A stretch of DNA of 64,000 nt, from NCBI GenBank assembly GCA_951406725.2, contig OX597825.1, positions 78,864,001-78,928,000 of the forward strand, written 5' to 3'. The position numbers were made by a program, and so were the translations under genes. Source of the DNA: Octopus vulgaris (Eukaryota). Of this stretch, positions 52,926 through 64,000 are shown one piece after another; the stretch's first letter is position 1, and each line of letters begins with the position of its first letter. The notes beneath the pieces are model-generated. The model was not told the origin of the DNA, searched no databases, and saw nothing but the letters and a program-made list of their open reading frames with translations.

Positions 52926-54687
52926 AAGGCATCTAAGAGTGTGTGATTGCAGCTCGTTATTGATCAGTTAATCATTGTCATTTAGTTGACTGGTTTCTCG
53001 TGCATGTTGTTTATTATGTCTGTGTGTGCAGTTGCAGTACTATGCAATGTCTGCAGCTGTAGCAGCAACACTTGACTGTGTGTGTGTGTGTGTGTGTGCA
53101 GTAGGAGCACTGCACCATTTACCTGTGCATATTTGCATTAGCAGCATCTTGCCAGGTTTGCTTGTACAACTGTTGCATTATTATATCTGTTCATGTGTGC
53201 AGCACCAACACCATGGCATGTCTGTATGTGTGCAGCACATTACGTACAGCATTGCTGTGTGTGTGTGTGCATGCATGTGCAGCTGCAAGAAACATACCAT
53301 ATCTATGTATGTCTGCATTTGTAAAAGTTTCAGGAGACAGAATTTAGGATGTTCGTTATGCACAAGTTAATGAATAATGAAGACTGGACTAATTGAAAAA
53401 AGTAATTGAAACGAATCTAAAATTAACAAATTCTCGTAATTAAACACAAAAGTGACGGATTTTGTTTCAAGGAATTTAGTCAAATTGATTCTTTAGTAAT
53501 CATCTTGTTTCATGTTTTGTGGAACCTGGGAGTGTGAGAGGTTAAGTCGACTTCAGTAAGATTTGAACTCTGGGCTGTAACTAAAAGCCGTTGTCTGTTA
53601 GTTTAAGTATTTTTACAGTCCACCACCTTTGAGATCATCCTCATCATTTTAATGTCCACGTTTCCATCTTTGCATGGGTCAGATGGAATTTATAGAAGCA
53701 GATTTTCTATTACTGGATGCCCTTCCTGTCACCAACCCTTACCTCTTTCCAAGCCAGGTAATATTTCCTACTTGTCAGGTATGTTTTTCGTGGGTGGCTG
53801 GAAATGGACAGTATTGGTCATATGACTGTGGTGCTCATTTATGACCATCATGTGATGTCTAGACAAACACACATACGGTGGACTTCAGTTTCTGATTACC
53901 ATCTCCACTCACAGGGCTTTGGTCAGCCTGGCGCTGTAGTAGGAAATTCTTGCCCACAGTGCCACATAGTGGGACTGAACCTGAAACCACATGGTCGGGA
54001 GGCAATCTTTTTAATCAAACATCTACATCTATGCCTATAAATAATAATTTTTAACAGGTCCAAAAATCAACTAAGAACATAAGGGGATGTAATTATATAT
54101 ACACTAAAAAAACCTTTTATCCAGTGCTCAGCCCATCTGCCACACTTTAATAATAATAATGATGATAATAATTATGATAATGTTAATATATATGGGTAAT
54201 GAAACATCTGACCCATGTTGGGTGTTGGGAAAAGTCGACGTGTGTGTGTGTATATATATATATATCGTCATCATTTTAACATCCATTTCCCAGACTGGCA
54301 CAGGTTGGATGGTTTGACAGGAACTGGCAAATCAGAAACCTGCACCAATGTCTCTTTCCTTTGGCCTGATTCTGTGGCTGGATACCCTTCCTAATGCCAA
54401 CCACTTCACAGTGTGTGTGTATGTGTGTATTTTCGAATTATGCAATAGAAACAGCTCTATAGTAAAAATTGTTTTATCACTATAACATACTTAATATAGG
54501 TGTGTCACTGAAAAGCAAGAAGCTGCAGGTTTTGTCTGGAGAAAAATCCTTTTAGAGACATACTGTGTTGTTAGAAAGCACAATATACTTCAGAGCCAAG
54601 CAAAACAAAAACACCCCTGTTGTGTGTGTGTAATTTTTCATATATATGTATGTGTAATTATTTATATATATATGCGTGTGTGTGTGG

Positions 54688-55400
54688 GGGGGTCATGTGT
54701 TGCGAATGGATGAGGGCAACTGTGTGAAAAACTGTCACACCCCAGCAGTTGAGGGAACCTGTGGAAAAGGTAGACTCAGGAAGACTTGGGATGAGGGGTG
54801 AAGCACAACCTTCGAACATTGAGCCTCACTGATGCAATGACAAGTGACCGAGACCTTTGGAGATATGCTATGCTTGAGAAGAGCCGGCAAGTCAAGTGAG
54901 ACCATAACTGTGGACTATGCCACTGTTGCGTAACCAGCCCATTTAAGAGTACCCTTCAATCATTGGGCAATAAACTGCACTTGCGAGGACCTGTTGAGGC
55001 AAGTGAAATCGTTGTTGTGGCTGATGACAGTGCCACCTGATAGGCACCCATACCAGTGGAACATTAAAAGCACCATTTGAGCGTGACATTGCTTGGGCTG
55101 CCTGACTGTCTCCCATGCCAGTGGCACATAAAAAGCACCATTCGCACATGGTCATTACCAGCGTCACCTGACTAGCTCCTGTGCTGGTGGCACGTAAAAA
55201 AACACCAATTGAGCATGGTCGATGCCAGTACCACCTGACTGGTCCTTGTGCCGGTGGCACTTAAAAGCACCCACTACACTCTCAGAGTGGTTGGCATTAG
55301 GAAGGTCATCCAGCTGTAGAAACTTTGCCAGATCAGATTGGAGCCTGGTGCAGCCTTCTGGTTCGCCAGCATGGAAAAGCAGATGTTAAACATCGATGAT
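54688..55400 (+). mobile_element. 5'-truncated RTE LINE: ORF C-terminus, 3' UTR with internal repeats, (GAT)n tail
   Basis: GHVLRMDEGNCVKNCHTPAVEGTCGKGRLRKTWDE, then repeated ggcacgtaaaagcacca units and ...gcatggaaaagcagatgttaaacatcgatgat. Confidence 0.85.
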
Positions 55401-55558
55401 GTGTGTGTGTGTGTGTGTGTGTAATTATATATATAATCTGTAGAATTTAATATTTCACAACTCAATTACTGGAATGCAGATATAGACAGACATTTATGTA
55501 GGTAGATATAGATAGATACAGAAAAAGATGCACAGAGCTAAATCATGTGAATGATATA

Positions 55559-55740
55559 TCTATTATATAAAATCCATTCTGTCTGTCTGTGTGTGTGTCT
55601 TCTAGGATCTCGGGCATCCGCCATCCGATTGCACTCAAATTTGATATGTAGATACCAACGGTATCAAGGCGTGTATCAGTCTTGAAAAAATTACAAAAAT
55701 CGATTTCAATTGAGAATGCGATTGATAAAGCATTCTTTGG
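55559..55740 (+). mobile_element. Helitron-type 5' end
   Basis: a|TCtattatataaaa...(ctgt)n...atctc...ccgattgcactcaaatttg. No 3' CTRR end identified. Confidence 0.5.
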
Positions 55741-55896
55741 AATAAAAAAAATGTCTCTTTATTTCTTCTTTTGCTGGTGTCTCAAATTTAGGTTAAATCA
55801 GTGTTTCTCAAAGGGGAGTCCTATGGGACGGTTTTGAGAAAATCTAGTTTAAATGATTGACAACTCAGCACCGTCCATTGGACAGGGTGTTTTTTT

Positions 55897-55929
<33 letters not shown>

Positions 55930-55963
55930 GTGTATATAATGTATATTTGACACATGTTTGTAA

Positions 55964-56209
<246 letters not shown>

Positions 56210-56241
56210 AGTTGCCTCAAGATGGAATCTCAGATTTGGTT

Positions 56242-56273
<32 letters not shown>

Positions 56274-56395
56274 GTGTGTTTGTATATATATATATATATA
56301 TATATACATATATAAATAACAGAAACAAAAACTTAACTTTTCTTCACCACAGGCAACTGCATTGATTAAAAAAAAAAACCCAACAAAAGAACAAA

Positions 56396-56401
56396 AATAA
56401 A
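56396..56401 (+). terminator. Candidate polyadenylation signal of the SLC35E2-like gene
   Basis: An AATAAA about 190 nt after the stop codon. AT-rich context and later AATAAA hexamers make it non-unique. Confidence 0.25.
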
Positions 56402-56663
56402 ACATAATATGTCTGTGATAAGCAAGTCACAGGAGGAGATGGTGTGTTGTCACTGATGTATATAAATGTGCCTGAAAGTGTAGCACCTGCTTGCTGCATC
56501 TTTTCAGACTCTTCTCTTTTGGCCCCTCTTGCTCTCTTTCTTTGACCGCTGACGTAGCAGCCGTCCAGTAAAGAAGTTGGTGGGGTCAGACAGGCCATCA
56601 TTCTTCAACTTCATTAATTTTTTTATTTTTAATTCAATTTTTATTTCGTTCTTTTCTTTTACA

Positions 56664-56664
<1 letters not shown>

Positions 56665-56697
<33 letters not shown>

Positions 56698-57895
56698 TCT
56701 ATTGTGTAGAGGTGGATCATTAGAGTTTCAGGAAAAATGCTGTTTGCAGTATTTCTTCCAACTCTTTTGTGTTCTGCGTTCAAATCCGGCCAAGGTCAAC
56801 TTTGCCTTTCATACTTTACGGGGTCAGTAAAATATAATACCAGTGAAATACTGAGGTTGATGAAATTGACTTGCGCCCCCTCCTCCCCTCAAAATTGCTG
56901 GCCTAGTGCCAAAATTAGAAAGAATTATCCTTATTTTAAGGCAGCAAGCTGGCAGAATCATTCGCATGCCAGGTGAAATGCTTAACGGCATTTCATCCAT
57001 CTCCAAGTTCTAAGTTCAAATTCTGCCGAGGTCAGCTTTGCCTTTCATCCTTTCGGGGTTGATACAATAAGTACCATTTGAGCACTAGGGTCAACGTAAT
57101 CGACTTACCCGCCCCTCCCCCTTGGAATTGCTGGCCTTGTGCTAAAATTTGAAATCATTATTATTATTATTATTATTATTAGGAGGTGAATTGGCAGAAT
57201 TGTTAGACCATCAGAAAAAAAAAATGCCTTGCATTATTTCTTGATCTGTATGTTCTGAGTTCAAACCCCACCGAGGTCAACTCTGCCTTTCATCCATTTG
57301 AGGTTGACAAAATAAAGTACCAGCCACGTAATGTTGTTGATGATACTGACTTACCCTGTCCCCTCCTAATTTTTGGCATTGTGCCTAAATCAGAAATTAC
57401 TACAGTAAGGAGGTGGTAGACAAGGGGTTGGCAGAAACAAGAGAACATCAGACAAAAATGCCTTGTGGTATTTTTTTTTCTGGTCCTTTATTTTTTGAAT
57501 TCAAATCCTGCCATGATTAATTTTGCCTTTTTCATCCTTCTGGGGTCAGTTTATATTAAGTACCAGCTAAGTACTGAGGCTGATATAATTGACTGTCCCC
57601 CTCCACCAGAATTTCTGAATCTGTAGTAGTATCAGAAATTATTATTATTATTATTATTATTATTAAGGCCATGAGCTGGCAGAATCATTAGAATGCCAAG
57701 CAAAATGGCATTTCTTCTGGTTTTACGTTCGAAATTCCATCAAGGTCGACTTTGCCTTTCATCCTTTTGGGGTTGATAAAATAAGTACCAGTTGAGCACT
57801 GGGGTCAATTTAATCAACTTGCCCCCTTCCAAACAAAATTTTAGGCCTTGTGCTTTTAGTAGAAAGGAATATTATTGTTATTATTATTATTATAA
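56665..57895 (+). mobile_element. Head-to-tail array of about five SINE B copies with (ATT)n linkers
   Basis: Same unit repeated with varying divergence, just downstream of the SLC35E2 stop codon. Confidence 0.85.
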
Positions 57896-60244
57896 TTTTT
57901 TTTCATGACAAAAGAAGGCTGACCAATATATCATCCATTAATATCATCTTTTAAAAGCTTTTGGAACAGGTTTTTTTTTTATTAAATTTTTTTGTTTTTA
58001 TATTTTGAGGGATGGGGGATGACGGGGTAAGATCTCTCAGGGACCCTTCCCCACTGATCATACATCTTCCCTACTTTTAAGACTTTTATACGTTTCTTTT
58101 CCTTCCCTTTTCTTTTCTCTTTAAATAATGGTGGTGTATCGGAACGAATACTTAATATCTCGTATTTCCCTCTAATTAGGTTGCATTACAGAGTTTGTTT
58201 TTTTTTTTCTCTTTCTGTTAGGTTAACAGAACCCTACTTCCAAGTTAAATAAAAGCTGGTTAAAAAGAAAAATATAATGAAAAATTAACAACAGGGAAAA
58301 AACATATACCATAAAAAAAATAATAAATAAAACCACACTGTATAATAAGTAAAGGTATTTTGTTTCTGTTAACTGGGGACTTCCTCTACATTCTATGAAT
58401 GGTTTGTACAACACTGGAATAAAGAGCTTGTGGGGGAGGGTGAACTTTGTATGCAACCATTGGTACTAGTTTTCAAATTCCTCTAAACTGCTCTCCCTCG
58501 TTTTCACACACACACACACACACACACACAAACATGTAGTAACTTATGAGGTTTAACACGATACTATTTGGCTGTGTAAAACCCTCAAATTTTGGATGCA
58601 GACCTGTTTCAAAGGAAGTCAAAGCAATACTTATTCTGGTCCATATTTGCAGAGAACTCTAAACAATATTCTAGAAACTTTGAATCTGTGCAAAGAATGG
58701 TATGTAAAAAAGGAAAAAAAACGAAAAAAAATGAGAAATTCTTCAGTTTGTTTATTATTTCATTTATATACTTATATATATTTCTTCATTTATATATTTA
58801 TATTTTTTTCTATTGCATCTCCCATCTTCCCACCGCCACCAAATGCAATTTTTAATGAGGGAGTCGCCTTGTGGATGCTTAACCTGCTAGGAAGAGCAGC
58901 TAAGTCCCTTTCAAATCATACCCTGCCATCTGAAAAGAGGAAGGACACATTGCATGATGCTGACCTGCAGTTAAACAACAGTGTATATTCATGAACTGTA
59001 GGGGCTAACCTGATATTTGAGACCACCACAAAACAAGAATGGTCTTTCTGACGCAACTGTCCATACAGTTTCTGTCTCCCCAATTTTATTCCCAAGGGTT
59101 TGGCCACATCACTAGTATGGTAGAAGTCACTGCCACCCGAGATGTAGTACAGAGAAATTGACCCTGGAATTGAACTTCTTAACCACATGGCCACATCAAC
59201 TCCACCAAGATGACATATCCTACATACATTTTTTTCTTAAAGTCAAGGCTTCATTTAAATTATAACAGCTGAGTAGGTGCTATTAAAGACAGCATTTGTA
59301 TTGCTATTGAAATTGAGGAGAGGATGAATGCCATAACTGCTCACTCCTTCTCCATGATTCAATGTGAGGGATTATGGTGGTGGATTACTGTGGCTCAATA
59401 ACGAGGATTCAGTTGTTGGATCAAGGGAAATCACCTGCCCCTGGATTAATATGTAAGTACCTGAGCTTTCCAGACACGTGTAGAGTAGTCTGTTGTAGTC
59501 CAAGAGAGACGGTTCTTCAATTTCTTGCTGACCAACCTGGACAAATGATTTGTTTAGTGACCAAATGTATGTGGCTGTACATTGGCTCACTCCCACCTCC
59601 ACCAAATTGGTGTTGCCTCTACAGGTGCACTTTGACATCTGTTTATGTTCCATATGTCAGGTGTCATAAAGTGATTGCAGAATGACATGAAGTATTTTGC
59701 TCGTAGACACCAACACATTTGCCTGATCTGGAAATTTCGCAACCATGAGTGTAACAACCCATCCCCCTGGGCCACAAAGCTGCGCTTTTGAAATCTAGGA
59801 ACAATCCAACTGACAGGCTTTTGTTAACTTTCTGTCTACACAATTTCAATCACAAGAGCCTGGGATTAAAGAAATTTGCCTGAGATACTATGCTGTGGGA
59901 TTGAGCTTCTGGATGCAAACTTCTTAACTGTTCAGCAACGAGGGTTTAGTTCAATCAGCTGAATAACCTGTTTCTGAAATAATGTCTAAAGGACAGACAC
60001 TGGTGCAAATACACACAGTTATCTATTTAAAAAAAAAAAAAGTTCATGCTTAAGGGAGACAACTTTTACTGTCATTGTTCATGTCAGCTGCCTTCATATC
60101 CCTGGTCAGTAGAGCAAGGTTTGCTTGGACAGTTTCACAGGATTACCGTTATAGAGTGCCGTTTTTAACACACTGACTATGCTCTCATCTTTTGCGGAAC
60201 TTAGTTTTCTAAAACCTTTTGAACAATATACATGTTTGTCGGTA

Positions 60245-60725
60245 TGTGTGTACACATGTCCTCAGCAGTCATGGCCCATGTTTCACTGCCATGTAGCATG
60301 GCTGTTCGTACACATGCGTCATAGTCTACCTTTTACTCTGAGCAAGAGGCTGCCTTTTGTCACCAACAGAGGTAGGATCTCTCTGAACTTTGCCCAGGTT
60401 ATTCTTATTCTAGCAGCTACACTCTTAGAGCATCTACCCCTGCAACTGACTTGGTCTCCTAGATAACAGAAACTATCAATTACTTGAAGTTTTTCTCCCT
60501 GGAATGTGACAGAAGCTGTTCTCTGCACATTTTCAGTGTTTATAGCATCTGAGCATTTGCCACATACAAAAACTATCTTCCCAGTTAGCCTCCCTTTGAT
60601 ATTGCTGCACCTCTTATGTGTGCAAAGCTTACACTGGGTACATCTTATGGAGTTTCTACCTACACCTTTTCTACAGATCAAGCAGGGCCATCTACCTGAA
60701 TGGTTTTGTGATTTGTCTGCCCTAT
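60245..60725 (-). mobile_element. RTE LINE reverse-transcriptase C-terminal fragment with an embedded PHD-like Cys/His finger
   Basis: WPCLICRKGVGRNSIRCTQCKLCTHKRCS...FVCGKC, then EKLQVIDSFCYLG...VAARIRITWAKFREILPLL...RVKGRL. An adjacent frame continues ACVRTAMLHGSETW. Confidence 0.85.
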
Positions 60726-61494
60726 GTATGTATATATGTGTGTGGCCTAGTGTTGCCACTCACGATCGCTAGACCATGGGTTCAATTGCCAGACTGGGAA
60801 ATTACCAATCCTTACTAATTTATGAGTAACAATCAAGATGGTCATTAATGAAGAGATTTTCTTTGGTCAGACAAAGCCTGGAAGCAGAATATCTCAAAAT
60901 CAAGTTTGTATAGCAACAACAGGTGTACTGGTAGAGACAGCAGAAGATCAAAGTAAATGCTTGTAACAAAAGTGACACAGGGGTACAAATATACGAAATC
61001 CAACATACCCATCATGACTATCCGTCTAATGAGGGTACATGCATCACAATCATATGTGCGCAGCATATTGATCTCATCAAGGTAAACAGCACAAGACCTT
61101 GCAGGTGGAGCTCAGAATTTTCTTCGGGTCAAGTAGCCCATCCCACTCAAATGGTTCCTGAATAAGGGTCGTTTAAGGGTGTTGAACAAAACACCCTTGT
61201 TTCCAGAGGTGAATTATTCAAACTTCAAAGAATTCCTCTCAACACATGGCTATGATGCTCCCCCACTACTTCTGCTCATGATCAAAGATGCATATATCAT
61301 CTGCCACTCAAGGACATGCTCAACTGGTTATGGTCAAGCAACTGACAAGCAAATCTGTGGTATTGAGCAGAATATTTGCTGTAGCCCATCTTTTATACCA
61401 AGACAAAATCTGTACATGATAACACTTCTAATCAGTTAAAGTCAGAAGCCAGGAGAGCCACTGCCTGGTACTGCATCAGGGCATTCAAATTATT

Positions 61495-62690
61495 ATTATT
61501 AAGGTAGCACACTGCCAGAATTGTTAGCATGCTGGACAAAATGCTTAGTGTTAATTCCTCTGTCTTATGTTCTGAATTCAATTTCTGCCTAGGTTGACGA
61601 AATAAGTACCAGTTGAGCACTGGAGTTGATGTAAATGACTCTCTCTCTCCCCGAAAAGGATTTTCGTTGTTAAAATGGTGAGCTGGCAGAATTTGTAGCA
61701 TGCTAGACAAAATGCTGAAGCAGTCTGTTTTTACGTTCTGAGTTCAAATCCAACCAAGGTTGACTTTGCCTTTCATCCTTTCAGGATCAGTGAAACAGGC
61801 ATCAGTTGAGAACTGAGGTCAATGTAATCGACTAGCCCTGCTCCCCCAGAATAGCAGGCCATGTCTCTATAGTAGAGAGGATTATTCATTTCTACTCCAT
61901 GCACAAGGCCCGAAATTTGGGGGTGGGGGTCAAATCGACCCCAGTACACAACTGGTACTTAATTTATCGACTTCCAAAGGATGGAAGGCAAAGTCGACCT
62001 CGGCAGAATTTGAACTCTGAACGTAAAGACAGACGAAATACCACTAAGCATTTCGCCCAGCGTGCTAACAATTCTGCCAGCTCACCACCTTAATAGAGAG
62101 GACTATTATTATATGGCAAGCTAGCAGAATCATTATCATGCTGGGTGAAGTGCTTAGCAGTATTTCGTCTGTCATTACATTCTGAGTTCAAATTCTGCTG
62201 AGGTCAACTTTGCCTTTCATCCTTCAGGGTCAATAAATAAAGTACTATTGAAACATTGGGGGTCGATGTAATCAACTAATCCCCTCAAATTTCAGGCCTT
62301 GTGCTTCTAGTAGAAAGGATTATTATGTGGAGCAGAGAGGCTGATCTGTGAGAGAGTTAGAAAAATACCTTGCAGTATTTGTTCTTGCTGTTCACATTTT
62401 GTGTTCAGATCCTACTGAGATCAGCTTTACCTTTCACTCCTCCAGGGTCAATAAAATACCAGTAAAGTTCTGGAAACAGCTTAATTAACTAACTCCCATC
62501 ACATCAAAAATTTCTGTCTTTGTGCCAGAAATTTAGAAATAATTATTATATGGGGTATATTGGCAGACTCGTTAAGAGCATTGGATAAAATATCCTGCAA
62601 TAACGTTACAGCTCTTTATGCTTTAAGATCAAATCTTGCAGAGATTAACTGTACCTTTTATTTTTCTGGGACCAGTAAAGTACCAAATAT
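61495..62690. mobile_element. SINE B cluster, mostly + strand, with one inverted copy (about 61900-62090)
   Basis: Repeated family B units; 61900-62090 is the reverse complement. Confidence 0.8.
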
Positions 62691-62695
62691 TGGGG

Positions 62696-63016
62696 TTGGA
62701 GTAAAGATTATTTGCCAACATAACATGGCAGTCCAGGTGTAGGATGACTGATGCTGTAATTTAGCCCCAGGAGACATCATCTCCAGCTGGCTATACGACA
62801 ATCTGTGTCCTTATATTTTCAAACAAGGGAATCCAGCACCCCAACTCAGCTTGAGCAATATCTGTGTATCACAATTTCCGGGTTAGTTTGAAAATATAAG
62901 GACACAGATTGTGTCTTATAGCCAGCTGGAGACGATGTCTCCTGGGGCCAAATTACAGCAACATTCGTCCTAAACCAGGACTGCCATGTTATGTTGGCAA
63001 ATAATCTTTACTCCAA
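62696..63016. mobile_element. Foldback element with inverted arms of about 130 bp
   Basis: ttggagtaaagattatttgccaacataacatggcagtcc...gtgtccttatattttcaaac versus gtttgaaaatataaggacac...ggactgccatgttatgttggcaaataatctttactccaa. Confidence 0.8.
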
Positions 63017-64000
63017 AGTACTGTTGCTGAATATCTCGTGTTGTGAGATTTACAAATATTGGGGTTGTTTTAATCAAGTCATCCTACTAAATCTGTGGTC
63101 ATGGGCCTATGTTAGAGATCAGGGATGGTGGATTAGCAGAACCATTAGACAAGACGCCTCATGGGGATTTAGCTACAGTCCTTTATACTGTGAGGTCAAC
63201 TTCAATTTTCATCTTTGCAGAGTCAATAAAATAAAGTACTGAGGTAGATATGATTGATATATTTCTGTCTTGCCATTATCATCATCATTTAACATCAGTG
63301 TTCCATGCTGGAATGGGTTGAGAGGACCCAAGGACTGCCTTGTATTCCAGTGTCTGTTTTGGCAGAAAGCAGAAGGCGATGAACTGGCAGAATCATTAGC
63401 ATGCCAGGTAAAATGTTTAGTGATATTCTGTCCAGTTTCATGTTCTGAGTTCAAATTCCACTGAAGTCAACTTTGACTTTCATCCTTCCAGGTTTGACAA
63501 AATAAGTACCAGTTGAACACTGGGGTTGATCAGATCAACTGGAACCCTTGTCGTCGTCACCAACGGAGTGCCATTAATGTTATATGTTGTACATTAGCCA
63601 CTAGGATACAGTTGTGTATCTTGTGATACAATTGGGTTGCAAACTGGCTGTCATTAAAGAATAGAATACCATTAAAGTGGTATTTTATTCTAATTCTCTG
63701 TGATTTGTGTTCACATCCTGCTGAGGTCAACTTCGCTTTTCGTCCTTTCATGGCTGACCAAAAACCATATCAATCCAGATTAGTGAATTGGTGGAACTGT
63801 TAGAAGATTACGCAAAGTTCCTTACAGTTTCTGTTTTGGATCTTTGTGTTCTGTGAAAACATTACTGCTAAGTCCGGTGGCCTTTCCTTTGAATAAACAT
63901 TGCTGGTGTAGAAAATGGGAAACTTGCATGTATGGGCAATTTCCAGTCTTCCAAAAGCATCTTGCCCATGCCTGCATATACAGGGACAGATGTATGGTCA

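Noticed and set aside
55021-55040. CTGATGA heptamers here and at 49682
   Set aside because: No downstream stem II-GAAA-stem III-UH arrangement; the 55021 hit lies inside the RTE 3' UTR.
60880-61485. High-complexity segment beside the RTE fragment, as a possible exon or LINE 5' region
   Set aside because: No convincing ORF or splice pattern and no second copy in the window. It is probably a repeat, but I cannot support an identity from this sequence alone.

Overview
AT-rich, repeat-dense eukaryotic DNA. The SINE, RTE and microsatellite landscape is what I recall from Octopus genomes, so the taxon is inferred, not verified. One protein-coding gene can be reconstructed on the + strand: an SLC35E2-like nucleotide-sugar/triose-phosphate translocator family transporter with six coding exons (31193-31457, 35950-36085, 37822-38070, 45694-45747, 50755-50958, 56002-56209). 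All introns are GT-AG with matching phases, giving 1116 nt and 371 aa. Its 5' end probably lies in a CpG-retaining region at about 1.4-7 kb, possibly shared with a divergent minus-strand gene. The rest is tRNA-type SINEs, RTE and RLE-type LINE fragments, mariner relics, MITEs, Helitron-like pieces, a 31-bp minisatellite and microsatellites. Almost all ORFs in the supplied track are spurious. The most unusual signal is a set of non-coding elements sitting in or beside (TA)n tracts that carry type I hammerhead-ribozyme motifs, in at least three sequence families and twice as inverted pairs. The largest is an apparently perfect 586-bp inverted repeat (41090-41675 / 41875-42460) inside an intron of the transporter gene. 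This architecture matches Penelope-like element pseudo-LTRs. Ribozyme activity is predicted from motifs only.
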